This document shows positions 24,353 through 37,261 of a stretch of DNA of 64,000 nt, one piece after another. Origin of the DNA: Mobula hypostoma. Lineage: Eukaryota. A program made the position numbers and the translations under genes. Position 1 is the first letter of the stretch. Each line of letters starts with the position of its first letter. The stretch spans positions 67,954,001-68,018,000 of the forward strand of contig NC_086097.1 of assembly GCF_963921235.1 (NCBI RefSeq). The letters run 5' to 3'. The notes beneath the pieces were generated by a model. That model made no database searches. It was not told where the DNA came from and was given only the letters and a program-made list of their open reading frames with translations.

Positions 24353-26489
24353 GTTATGAATTGAGTACTTAAAGTTCATTCCAATTTAATTAAATGGACA
24401 TTGAGACTCTTAGAAAATGCCTTTTATATTTATGAAGGAAAAAAATAAAAATTTTCAGCAATTATATCGTGTGCCTCTGTGTGCACATATAAAAACATAA
24501 AAACAATTTTTCCAAGAGACTAAGTTCTGAATTCTAAACAATTTGAGACGTGTTTAAATACATTTATTACAGGTTGTTTCCTTTTCATCATGTTTTCTTC
24601 CCAAAGACTAACATAAGGCAGAATACTCCCTGATGCTTAATTAGTTAGAGCTATTCATTTTTTTTAAACAGGTTGTAAAACAAGTAATTCCTTTAGCTGT
24701 GGGAACACGATGACAGTTTCCTATTTTGTGCTCTTCGCTCCTCCGACATAAATAACACACCAATCAACAGTTATGCTTTCTGAAGCAAAACAAGATTATT
24801 GTGGCAGTTCTGCTCAGCCTGCCCTTTAGGTGCCGTATCATCTCTTTTCAAATCTTCTTTACTCTGAAGGTTGAGGCCAAGTACATTTAATTTGATTTAG
24901 TAAGTTCAAGCATAAAACTATGTGTTTGGCTGTTCTGATAATCACATGCATATAATGAAAATGAAAGGTCTAAATCCTGAATGCTTGAAGCTTTGACTAA
25001 ACTGTCTGTTGGACATCTCCAAGTCTTTATATGTTGTCTGTTTTTGAACATAAAACACTTCTCATTTAACCTACTTATAGACTTATCATTACTTTAGCAA
25101 TACACAACATCAACTAGGAGTGTAAATATGCTGCTGAATTGGCAGGTCAGTGAAAATGCACAAGTTGATGTGACATTACAAAGAATTTTCTGTACAGCTG
25201 TCCTTGGTGACATTTCATCAGGTTTAAGTCAAATTATGCATTCAGATTCCCTTAACAACCTCTCCAGGTGTTGCTCCTGATAAAAATGGATGAAGCTATC
25301 ATTCAAATGCACAAAGCCATTTCAGCATCATTTACTATGAAGCGATTTCCCCACTAATTCTTTTCTCAAACATTAAAAAGTTACAAAATGTTATCTCCAC
25401 CCTTATAAAAATATTTAGTAACTGCAAACCACTCATTACTTACAGAGGGTTTGGTGAGTGATATGTCACTGTCTTTAGATCAAACCACCATACATCCACA
25501 ATCCTTTAATAAAAACAAGAATAGCATGATTCACCCTGCAAAGATCAGCACTGAGTAACTGCTATACTATGCAAGTTGTTGCTTGTGCTATATATTGGAC
25601 ATTACTGTCAGTTAACTACTCAAAATATTCCATACTGGCACGCAGAGCTACATAAGGAAAGCATGCAAGAGGATCACAACCAAGGCAAAATATGATTGTG
25701 ATCCCCTTAAATACATCTACATAACCAAGCAAATCATAAGTATTTAATTACGAACAGTTGAACCCTTTAAAAAAGTCAATTCAATCCAATTTTCTTCCAG
25801 AAAATCAGGTAAAATATGCATTGGAAAAGAAACTCCCATGGTGCACAATCTTAATGGATGATCTTTGAAGACAAATGTCAAAATTCAATCAAATATTACA
25901 TTCATGAAATGCCCATTGGCCACATCACTGGATAAACACTCATTTGCCCTGTGTATTGGAAACATTTGGATGTAAAGGTTGCATTAATTTACTTTTAAAA
26001 GAATCCATCAACTCCATCATTGAAGTGCACTGATAATTGCCACACAAAGGCATGAAGGGCTGTCTGCCAATTTTGCGAGATCTAATTTCAGGCATGGTAT
26101 CATATATCACCGGATCAATTTATTTTCTGTGATAAAGTGCTTTGGAATAAAAGGAAAGATTTATATTGTACAAATAATAGTTAATTTTATGGAAGTAAAG
26201 TTTATTCTCAAGTACATCAACACATTTTTCTTTAACTGTTCAGACTGATTTGCTTTCCATTCTTTGATAATAATCTAGATGATGCCTTTGGGAGTTCATT
26301 CAACAAGTTTACATGTAACTAGATGATTGATGCTAATGTTAGGTCTTGTGACAAGAAAGCTACAATCTAATCTAAATGCATGGTGGGAAGAGGGATGGCT
26401 CTGTTTAGCAGATACCCTCATATGAATAGGATTAAGGCCAAGTCTGAAGAATATACTGTCCTTCAGACTGAATTAATATTTAGTAAACA

Positions 26490-26664
26490 GAAAGCGGGCC
26501 AGTATTGAAATACTGTACATGGTAAGGAGATGCGAGAGGGTTGGTACTGAGAGACAATTTTTTTATGTTTTATTTTTATGTTTGCACTTTATTCCATTGA
26601 AAAGCACTTTGAACTACATTGTATGTGTGAAAAGTGCTCCACAAATAAGTTGTTATTATTATAA
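26490..26664 (+). mobile_element. Short L2-type 3' tail fragment (LINE or SINE)
   Basis: Ends 'aaagcactttg...tgaaaagtgct..acaaataagttgttattattata', the stem-loop plus (tta)n tail typical of L2-derived ends. Confidence 0.45.
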
Positions 26665-26814
26665 TAAATGTTGGCAAACCACAGTTAGGATTCATTTCAG
26701 AACAATAAAATGAAAACTAATGATCAAATTATTTAAAATAGAATACCGTGGCCAATCTTGGTGCTTTCACATGACAAAAAATGGAAAAACTTTTGGAAAA
26801 GACTTCTAGAAGGA
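26665..26814 (+). repeat. Left copy of ~150-bp direct repeat flanking the RTE
   Basis: 'ttggcaaac...aacaataaaatgaaa...cttggtgctttcacatgaca...gaaaagacttctagaagga' recurs at 28444-28607. Confidence 0.9.
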
Positions 26815-28420
26815 CACCTGAACTCAGGGATGCCTTAATTGTCACACTCTTCAAAAAGAGTGACAAAGCTGACTGTGGAAATTATAGAGGCATCTCCCTC
26901 CCCTCTACAACAAGAAAGGTACTCAACTGAATTTTATGTGACTGGCTTTCACCTCTGACAGATTATCTCCTGCCTGAGTCTTGGTGTGGCTTCTGTCCAG
27001 CCAAAGGAACATCTGACACGATTTTTACAGCACAATTGTACAAGCAAGCCCAGGAACAAAATCTCCCACTTTATACGGCCTTCATAGACCTTACAAAAGC
27101 ATTTCACTCTGTAAATCATCCTGCCATTTGGCGTGTACTATCCAAAGCTGGATGCCTGGAGAAATACCTCAAGATCCTGCACCTCTCAAACAATGATGTG
27201 AGTGCAACGGTCATCAGCAATAGCGGCTCTGAAACAGCACCTTTTAAGGTTGAGACCAGGATCAAACAGGGCTGCATCATTGCTTCAACTCTGTTTGCTG
27301 TTTTCGTTGCAACATTCTTCACCTCACAGGCCAAGGAGTCCAGATTCTCTTTAGGACAGATGGAGGGCTCTTTAACCTTAACAGGTTCAAGGCAAAGAGC
27401 AAGGTGTCAAGAACTTCCATCATAGAGCTCCAATAGGCAGATGACAATGCCATCGTAACTTACTCTGAGGAGGATCTGCAGAGCATAATAGATGCTTTTG
27501 CCACCAGAGCAGGCAAGCTCCTGGGACTTGATCTAAACATCAAGAAAACCCAATCCCAAACCCAGATCAAGCTCCTAAACCTCCAACCATCCGAGTTGAC
27601 AACATCCCTCTGGAAACATTGATTATTTCCCATAGCAGCCTTCTTTCTTTAGAGCCAACGTTGACCTTGAAATAAGTCAAAGAATAAGCTATGCGAGTGG
27701 AGCTTTTGCTAGCCTGAGAAAGAGGGTTTTTGAAGATCAGCATATCAAAACCAACACTAAGCTTCTGGACCATAAAGCCATATTCCTCTCCTCCTTGCAA
27801 TATGGAGCAGAGTTATGGACAACATACAGCAGTTACATAAAATCCCTAGAAGCTTACCATCAAAGATTCTTCCGAATGATTCTGAGAGTTAGCTAGAAGA
27901 ACAGATGTTCTAACTGCAGCATCCTGGAGGAAGCAAACATTAACTCCATTGCCACAACTGTGCCTCAACACCAATTGCACTGGGTTGGTCACATCATCTG
28001 TATGCTCGATTCTCACCTCCCTAAACAACTCCTGTTTGGCCAACTCAAGGATGCAAAGGCAGAAAAAGCGATTCAAGGACCAATATCAAGACCCACCTGA
28101 GGAAGTGCCACATGAATCTGAATGGATGGGAGAACTCAGCACAGGATAGGGAAAGCTGGAGAAGGACTGTATATGAGGGGACTGCAGAGCTCGAAGAATA
28201 CCTCCACCATGCCGTTGAGACTAAGTGGCTTCAACGCAAGGCAAGACTGGGAAAAGCCCGACCCAGCTACATCCACTACCACTTCAATGACCTACACCTG
28301 CCAACAGTACAATAGGAGTTGTGGATCACACATCAGCCTCTTCAGTCATCTCAAGACCCGCAAGTGACCAGATCAACCAACAGGAGAAGAATCATACCTG
28401 ACTATGAGCGATGATAAATA
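26815..28420 (+). mobile_element. RTE-clade LINE, 5'-truncated, frameshifted
   Basis: Motifs 'FKKSDKADCGNYRGISL', 'QEQNLPLYTAFIDLTKAF', 'KQGCIIA.TLF', 'ADD' and 'QLHWVGHI' are present, plus the C-terminal 'YTC...RSCGSHI.LFSHLKT' zinc-finger-like end typical of RTE/BovB. Confidence 0.9.
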
Positions 28421-28443
28421 AATTAATAGTATTTTTAGTAGAG

Positions 28444-28607
28444 TAAATTTTGGCAAACTATGTGTTAGGATTTACTTCACAACAATAAAATGAAAGTTAA
28501 TGGTCAAATTATTCAAAATAGGTGTCAAATGGAATACCATGGCCAACCTTGGTGCTTTCACATGACAGAAAATATGAGAGGACGTTTAGAAAAGACTTCT
28601 AGAAGGA
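28444..28607 (+). repeat. Right copy of ~150-bp direct repeat flanking the RTE
   Basis: Same sequence as 26665-26814 with substitutions and an ~11-bp indel. Confidence 0.9.
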
Positions 28608-31600
28608 TTACAAATCTCAATGTCTTTAGTTAAAATGATAGAAAACTACAGCCAATTATATTCAAAAACCATATACTACAGATAGCCTTAAATATATACA
28701 TTTTAAGATGGATTATCTGTCTATGTGCTTGAGATATTTGAAAGTATGAGTTAGAAACACGAGGGGTCATGCTTATTATTTAAAAAAAAACAGAACTAGG
28801 TTAGGTGTTATGAAGTTTCCTGCTACATAGTGGTAGTTCATGCCTGGAGTGAATGAGTATAGCTTTGATGAAACAGACAGAAAATGAATCAGACAGTTTC
28901 ATTGTTTTGACAAGATGCAAGGTGGGTCTAGGTTTGACAGGATTTCTAGAGCTTATTTTTCATCAAATTAGGCAGCTTTTTTTTTTGCTTGGAATTGGCC
29001 TAGATATTTATTGGTCAATATCTTGCTTTTCTTTTGAACACTATAAAACTGGAGTTATTTGGAAGTAATAGTAAAATACTTCATTGTATTATGGTTCAAT
29101 GAGTAGGTTTCATGGACCACAAGTTTCTTCACTAAAGTTTCTTTGATATTTATAGGGGCTTGTTCATAAACAAAAAGAGTATAGCTGAAACACCCCAACA
29201 ATGTTCAAGCCACATAGGAACCATATGATGCATGATGAAGTGGAAATATAGGCCCCCATCCTTGAAAAGTGTTCAGATCACAATATGAATACTACTGGTA
29301 AATCCATTGCTGACAAGGGCAGCTAGATGTATACTAAAGTAAGAAGATGGTGATAATATATGACAAGTCAAAAAGAGATGCTTCAATTCAATATTCTTTT
29401 GTCAATACAGAAAAATATTACACTTGTAAGTAATAACAGGCCAGAGAAACATGAGAAAGAGAAAAAAAAGAGAAGGCAGGGATGATACAGTGACAAACCG
29501 AACAATGGGATAGTAAAGAAACAAAAGATATGTGTGGAGGAGCTGTAAATGAGGAGGCTGATGAGTACAAAACAGTAGAATGGTGCAAAGACTGAAACAA
29601 TGCAAAATGAAATGTCAAAGAGACAGGTAGAATTAAAGAGTACAGGAAGATAGCAGCTCCATCGGGAAGGGGGGTGAAAGACAGTATTGTTTTCAAAGTC
29701 TGACAGCAGTAGAGAAGAAGCTGTTCTTACGTCAACATGTTGAAACTTTCAAGCACCCATACCTACTCCCAGATGATTTTCCCACTCTTAACACTGTTCT
29801 CCAGTAATGAATTCCACAGATTCACCACCCTTTGGCTAAAGAAATGCTTCTTCATCTCTGTTCCAAATGGATGTCCCTCTATTCCGAGGCACTGCCCACT
29901 GATCCTAGACTCCCCCACTGTAGGAAAAATCCTCTCCAGACCCAGTCTATCTAAGCCTTTTAATATTCCAAGGGTTTCAATAAGATCCCACTCATTTTTC
30001 TAAATGCTAGTGAGTACAGAGCCGGAGACACCAGCACTCCTCAAACATTAACCTTTTCTTTCCTGGAATCATTCTTGTGAACGTCCTTTGATCCCCCTCC
30101 AATGCTAACATATCTTTTGATGGACAAGGGGCCCAAAAATGTCCATAATACTCCAAGTGCCATGTGATCAATGCCTAACAAAGCCTCAACATTAAATCCT
30201 TGATTTTATATTGTAGTCCTTTTGAAATGAATGATAACAATGCATTTGGTTTCCTAACCACTGACTGAAATTGCAAGTTAACCTTTAGGGAATCCTGCAC
30301 AAGTACTCTCAAGTCCCTATGCACCTCTGATTTTTGAATTTTCTCTTCATTTAGAAAATAGACAACACCTTTATTCCTTCCACCAAAGTGTATGACCATA
30401 CAATTCCCTACACTATATTCCATCTGCAAATTCTTTGCCCATTCTCCCAATCTGTCCAAGTCCTTTTGCATACTCGCTGCTTTTTCCAATACTACCTGCC
30501 CCTCCACCTATCTTTGTATCATCTACAAACTTGGCCACAAAGCCATCAATTCCATCATCCAAATCACTGATATATAATGTGAAAAGAATCAGTCCCAATA
30601 CTGACCCCTGTGGAACGCCACTAGTCACCAGCAACTAACCAGAAAAAGCCCCCTATATTCCCACTCTTTGCTTTCTGCCAACCAGCCTATCTTCTACCCT
30701 TGTTAGTATTGTTCCTATAATACCATGGGCTCTTATCTTGTAAAGTAGCTTATGTGCAACATCTTGTCAAAGGCCTTCTTAAAATCCAGGTAAACAACAT
30801 CCACTGACTCTCCTCCGTCTATCCTGCCTCTTACCTTCTCAAAGAATTCCAATAGATTTGTCGGGCAAGATCACGCTTTAGGGAAACCATGTTAACTTTG
30901 GCCAACATTATCATGTGCCTCAAAGTACCCCAAAACCTTATCCTTAATAATAGACTCTAACATCTTCCCAACCACTGAAATTAGGCTAACTGGCCTATAA
31001 TTTCCTTTCTTCTGCCTCTCTCCCTTCTTAAAGAGTCCAGTGACATTTGCAATTTTCCAGTCCCCTGGAACCATTGCAGAATCTAGTGATCCTTGAAAGA
31101 TCATTCCTAATGCCTCTACAATTTCTTCAGCTACTCGGTGTAGTCCATCTGGTCCAAGTGACTTACCTATCTTTCAGCTTCTCAAGCAACTTCTCCTTAG
31201 TAATAGCAACTACACACTCACACAGGCCCCATCACTCTCAAATTGCTGGCATACTGCTAGAGTCTTTCACAGTGAAGACTGACGCAAAATACCTGTTAAG
31301 TTTGTCTGGCATTTCTTTGCCACCCATTACTAGCTCTACAGCAGTCCAATATCCACCCTCACCTCTCTTTTACTCTTTACATAGAGTATCTGAAAAATCT
31401 TTGGTATCCTCTTTGATATTTTTGGCTAGCTTACCTTGATGTTTCATCTTCCCTCTCATTATATTTTTAATTGGCTTCTGTTGGTTTTTAAAAGCTTCCC
31501 TATCCTTTTAACTTTCCACTATTATTTGCTACAGTACATGAGATGCCCTTTTTTTTTATACTGTCTTTGACTTCACTTGTCAGACCTCATCCTTCCTAGA

Positions 31601-31892
31601 ATAGCTCTTTCATCTTTGGGATGTACTTATCCTGTGCCTTCCGAATTGCCCTCAGAAACTCCAGCCATTGCTGTTCTGCTGTCATCCTTGATTAATTCCT
31701 TTGGCCAATTCGTCTCTGATGCCTCTGTAATTCCCTTTACTCCACTGTAATACTAATACATCTGAATTTATTTTCTCCCTCAAACTACAGTGACTATGAT
31801 CACTGCTTCCCAAACATTCATTTACGTTGAGTTCCCTGATCAAATCTGGTTCATTATACAACACCCAATCTAGTATTGCCTTTCCCCTAGTG

Positions 31893-31970
31893 CAGGGGTT
31901 CCTAACCTTTTTTATGTCATGGACCCCTACTAATAAGAGAGGTCCGCAGACCCCAGGTTGGGAACCCTTG
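31893..31970. mobile_element. 78-bp hAT-type MITE with 8-bp TSD
   Basis: TIRs caggggttcctaacct / aggttgggaacccttg. Flanks ccctagtg (31885-31892) and gcctagtg (31971-31978). Confidence 0.85.
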
Positions 31971-32119
31971 GCCTAGTGGGTGCAACCACAAGCTGCTCTA
32001 AAAAGCCATCTCATAGGCATTTTGCAAATTTATTCTCTTGGGATCCAGGACCAACCCGATTTTCCCAATCTACCTGAATATTGAAATTCCCCATGGCTAT
32101 CATAACATTGCCCTTATTA

Positions 32120-32398
32120 CATCATCAGGTGCCGTGCCCAGTGTGAGCTTTGACTGCCATGGCCCACACACTCTGTTTCGGGTCAAGTGGATCAATTCAT
32201 TGGTATTCATTTCCAATTCTCTGGCTGCTGTCTCCATCATCATTTGTCTTTGTCTTCCTCTTGCTTTCTTCCCTCCAATCTTTTCCATAATTACAGTGCA
32301 TTCTAACTCCTCTTTCCTAATCACATGTCCAATGAAGTTACATTGCCTTTTCATGATCTCATACATTATTTCTCTTTTTGTGTTTGCTCTGTTCATTA
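32120..32398 (-). mobile_element. RTE-like LINE 3' fragment inserted in CR1
   Basis: ORF 32100-32396 'KRQCNFIGHVIRKEELE...KIGGKKARGRQR' is an RTE-type ORF2 C-terminus. A short (gat)n tail is present. Confidence 0.7.
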
Positions 32399-32589
32399 TA
32401 TACCTTTCCTATTTCACATTGAAATGCACATCCCACATCCTAGCTACTGATTGGGGGCCTAGGCATAATTCTCATCAGAGTCTTTTTACCCATCCATATA
32501 ATGACTTCCATAGCTTTAAAATATTGTAAGTAAGGAAATGATATATCAGGAAGTTCAATTCAAGAGCAATTGTTTTCATGTTCATTGGA

Positions 32590-35500
32590 CACTTAGTGGC
32601 CATTTTATGAGGTGCCTCCTGAACCTAATAACGTGGTCACTGAGTTTATTTTTGTGGTCTTCTGCTGCCGTAGCCCATCCACTTCAAAGGCCAACATGCT
32701 GTGCATTCAAAGGTACTCTACTACATACCACTGTTAGAAACATAGAAAATCTACAGCACAATACAGGCCGTATATGTCCTTACCTTAGAAATTACCCAAG
32801 GTTACCCATAGTCCTCTATTTCTCTGAGCTCCGTGTACCTGTCCAGGAGCCTCTTGAAAGACCCTATTGTACCCACCTCCACCACCGTCGCCGGCAGCCC
32901 ATTCCACGCACTCACCAATCTCTGCATAAAAAACTTACCCCTGACATCTCCTCTGTACCTACTTCCAAGCACCTTAAAACTGTGCGCTCTCATGCCAGCC
33001 ATTTCAGCTCTGGGAAAAAGCCTCTGACTATCCACACGATCAATGCCTCTTATCATCTCATATACCTCTATCAGTTCTCCTCTTATCCTCTGTCGCTCCA
33101 AGGAAAAAAGGCTGAGTTCACTCAACCTATTCTAATAGGCATGCTCTCCAATCCAGGCAACATCCTTCTAAATCTCCTCTGCACCCTTTCTATGGTTTCC
33201 ACATCTTTCCTATAGTGAGGTGAACAGAACTGTGTGTGGTACTCCAAGTGGGGTCTGACCAGGGTCCGATATAGCTCCAACATTTCCTCTTGGTTCCTAA
33301 ACTCAATCTCACAATTGATGAAGGCCAATACACCGTATGCTTTCTTAACCACAGAGTCAACCTGCGCAGCAGTTTTGAGTATCCTATGGACTCGGACACC
33401 AAGATCCCTCTGATCCTCTACTCTGCCAAGAGTCTTACCATTAATACTATATTCTGCCATCATATTTGACCTACCAAAATGAACCACCTCTGACTTACCA
33501 GGGTTGAACTCCATCTGCCACTTCTCATCCCAGTTTTGCATCCTATCAATGTCCCACTGTAACTTCTGACAGCCCTCTACACTATCCACAACACCCCCAA
33601 CCTTTGTGTCATCAGCAAATTTACTAACTCATCCCTCCACTTCCTCATCCAAGCCATTTATAAAAATCACGAAGAGTAGGGGTCCCAGATCAGATTCCTG
33701 AGGCACACTACTGGTCACTGACCTCCATGCAGAATATGACCCATCTACAACCACTCTTTGCCTTCTGTGGGCAAGCCAATTCTGAATCCACAAAGCAATG
33801 TCCCCTTGGATCCCATGCCTCCTTACTTTCTCAATAAGCCTTGCATGGGGTACCTTGTCAAATGCCATGCTGAAATACATATACACTGCATCTACTACTC
33901 TACCTTCATCAATATGTTTAGTCACATCTTCAAAAAACTCAATCAGACTCGTTAGGCACGACCTGCCTTTGACAAAGCCATGCTGACTATTCCTAATCAT
34001 ATTATACCTTTCCAAATGTTCAGAAATCCTGCCTCTTCGGATCTTCTCCATCAACTTACCAACCACTGAATAAAGACTCCCTGGTCTATAAATTCCTGGG
34101 CTATCTCTACTCCCTTTCTTGAATAAGAGAAAAACATCCGCAACCCTCCAACCCTCCGGAACTTTTCCTGGCCCCATTGATGAGAAAAGATCATCGCCAG
34201 AGGCTCAGCGTTCTCCTCCCTCGCCTCCTACAGTAGTCTGGGGTACATCTCGTCTGGTCCCGGTGACTTATCCAACTTAATGCTTTCCAAAAGCTTCAGC
34301 ACATCCTCTTTCTTAATATCTACATGCTCAAGCTTTTCAGTCCGCTGTAAGTCATCCCGACAATTGCCAAGATCCTTTTCTGTAGTGAATACTGAAGCAA
34401 AGTATTCATTAAGTACCTCTGCTAACTTCTCTGGTTCCATACACACTTTAACACTCTCACACTTGATTGGTCCTATTCTCTCACATCTTATCCTCTTGCT
34501 CTTCACAAACTTATAGAATGCCTTGGGGTTTTCCTTAATCCTGACTGCCAAGGCCTTCTCAAGGCTCCTACTGGCTCTCCTAATTTCTTTCTTAAGTTCC
34601 TTCCTGCTAGTCTTATAATCTTCTAGATCTCTAACATTACCTAGTTTTTTGAACCTTTCGTAAGCTCTTCTTTTCTTCTTGACTAGATTTACAACAGCCT
34701 TTGTACACCACGGTTCCTATATCCTACCATCCTTTCCCTGCATCATTAAAACATACCTATGCAGAACTCCTCACAAATATCCCTGAACATTTGCCACATT
34801 TCTTCCGTACATTTCCCTGACAACATCTGTTCCCAATTTATGCTTCCAAGTTTCTGCCTGATAGCCTCATATTTCTCCTTACTTCAATAAAACACTTTCC
34901 TAACTTGTCTGTTCCTATCCCTCTCCAATGCTATGGTACAGGAGATATAATTGTGATCACTATCTCCAAAATGCTCTCCCACTGAGAAATCCGACACTTG
35001 ATCAGGTTCATTTCCCAATACCAGATCAAGTACAGCCTCTCCAAGCTCCACCTCTTCTAAACCCCTCGCTCTAGGGACATGCCAATCAATATTGGGGAAA
35101 TTAAAATCTCCCACTATGACAACCCTGTAATTATTACACCTTTCCAGAATCTGTCTCCCTATCTGCTCCTTGATGTCCTTGTTACTATTGGGTGGTCTAT
35201 AAAAAACACCCAGTAGAGTTATTGACCCCTTCCTGTTCCTAACTTCTATCCACAGAGACTCCGCAGTCAATCCTTTCATGTCTTCCTCTTTTTCTGCAGC
35301 CATGACACTATCTCTGATCAACAGTGCCATGCTCCCACCTCTTTTGCCTCCCTCCCTGTCCTTTCTGAAACATCTAAAGCCTGGCACTCGAAGTAACCAT
35401 TCCTGCCCTGGAGCCATCCAAGTCTCTGTAATGGCCACAACATGAGAACCCCAAGTACTGATCCACGCTCTAAGCTCATCCACTTTGTTCATAATACTCC

Positions 35501-36232
35501 TTGCATTAAAATAGACACATCTCAGACCATCAGTCTGAGCAGGTCCCTTCTCTATCATGTGCCTATCCTCCCTCTCGCACTGTCTCCAAGCTTTCTCTAT
35601 TTGTGAGCCAACTGCCTCTTCCTCTGTCTCTTTAGCTCGGTTCCCTCCCCCCAGCAATCCTAGTTTAAACTCTCTCCAATAGCCTTAACAAACCTCCCCA
35701 CCAGGATATTGGTCCCCCTGGGATTCAAGTGCAACCTATCCTTCTTGTACAGGTCACACCTGCCCCAAGAGAGGTCCCAATAATCCAGAAATCTGAATCC
35801 CTGCCTCCTGCTCCAATAATCACTGTTATGTGGTTATTTGATTCACTGTCACCTTCCTGTCTGCTTGAAACAGGGTGACCATTCTCCTCTGATTCCCCAT
35901 CATTACAAACTGTTTTTGCCCATCAAATTACTACTCACTGGACTTTCTTTTGTTTTTCACACCATTCTGTGTAAACTCTAGAGACTGCTGTGTATGAAAA
36001 TCCCAGGACATTAGCAGATTCTGAGAAGCTCAAACCATTCCATCTGGCATCAACAATCAAAGTCACTTAGATCACATTTTTTCATCATTCTGATGTTTGG
36101 TCTGAACAACAACTGAACCTCTTGACCATGTCTGAATGCTTTTATGCATTGAGTTGCTGTCACATGATTGGCTGATCAGATATCTGCATTAACAAGGTAT
36201 ACAGGTGTACCCAATAAAGTGGCTACAGAGTG
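32590..36232. mobile_element. Tc1/mariner-type non-autonomous DNA transposon split by a CR1
   Basis: Imperfect TIRs cacttagtggccattttatgaggt / gtacccaataaagtggctacagagtg, followed by TA. The halves are 32590-32736 and 35821-36232. Confidence 0.7.
32737..35820 (-). mobile_element. CR1 LINE with near-complete (frameshifted) ORF2 and the end of ORF1
   Basis: APE endonuclease ORF 34884-35657 (YFNARSI, AITETW, GDFNFPNIDW, SDH) and RT ORFs 34228, 33629, 33122 and 32802. An ORF1 esterase-like 'YKKDRLHLNPRGT' lies at ~35700-35750. TSD cactgtta at 32729-32736 and 35821-35828. Confidence 0.95.
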
Positions 36233-37261
36233 TATTTAATGAATAACAAGGGATCCAGCATTGATCTCTGAGCATACCACTGGTCACAGACCTGCAATCT
36301 GAAAAGCAAGCCTCTATATGACACACTGCAGTTTTGCATCCAATTTGCTATCACCTTTCCAAACGAAAGTGCTGATGAAGGTGTTTCAGCTCAAAACCTT
36401 TCACAGATGTTGCCTGACCCATTGGAGCTCTCCAGTATTACTTGTGTATTGATCCCCATTCCTATCTTTTTGTTTTTGTTTTGTTTCAAGTGAAAGGAAC
36501 TTGGAAGCACCTCTAAAGGGAAGGTGATAGGATTTAATTCTGTGTTATGAGAAAGCTAACGTCATGAATAAAATTCAGATTATTAGATAGCTTATTAGAT
36601 ACAAGATTTGATATTCATTATTAAATGAAAATGCATCTTTCATCATTCATCGATATGAGGAAAATAAGTAACAAAAGTTTTGTTTTCTCCTTCAAAAAAC
36701 TAGCAATAGTAGTACCTGTATGATTAAGATAATATGTAATTGATGAGACAGCAAGATGGTACAAATGAGATTATACTGGTTTATACTGGTTAATGGTGGG
36801 AAAAATTAAATTTTCGTCAGAGGAAATAAGAAGTAGACCAATTGTCCCTTGTACCTGTTCCACCTCTCATAGAAACTGATTGACCTTTTGCTATGTGCCA
36901 TTTTCCTTCACCAAATCCTCTTATTCATTTACTGCCCTTATAAAATCTTTTCCTATTGCATCGGTTTTTAATATTGCTTTATTCTAATTCTGCTAAAAAG
37001 GGTTCATTGCGATTATTTGATTGTCTATACTATGCATAATACCAGACTCACTGCAATTTGATTGCCTTTTATCCGTCTTCAGAAGGAGCCCAGCAAGCTA
37101 CATAATAATATCAGACCTTGAGAAAACATCATTACAACTAAAATCAAGCTCGCCTGGCATCAACCTTAATACTTTTCATGACTAAGGCTTACCTGGAGAA
37201 GCCTTCTCAATAACATTGAGGGGGTCTGTTATAAAATAGGAATGATTCCATCATCTAATCC

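Larger units (their letters stand above)
29770..32490 (-). mobile_element. CR1 LINE ORF2 (EN to RT to C-terminus), decayed, with nested insertions
   Basis: ORFs 30175-30507, 30413-30634 (SGVPQGSVLG, KFVDDTK), 30892-31104 (DWKIANVT.LFKKG..GNYRPVSL) and 31682-31864 (LGSSDH). Confidence 0.9.
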
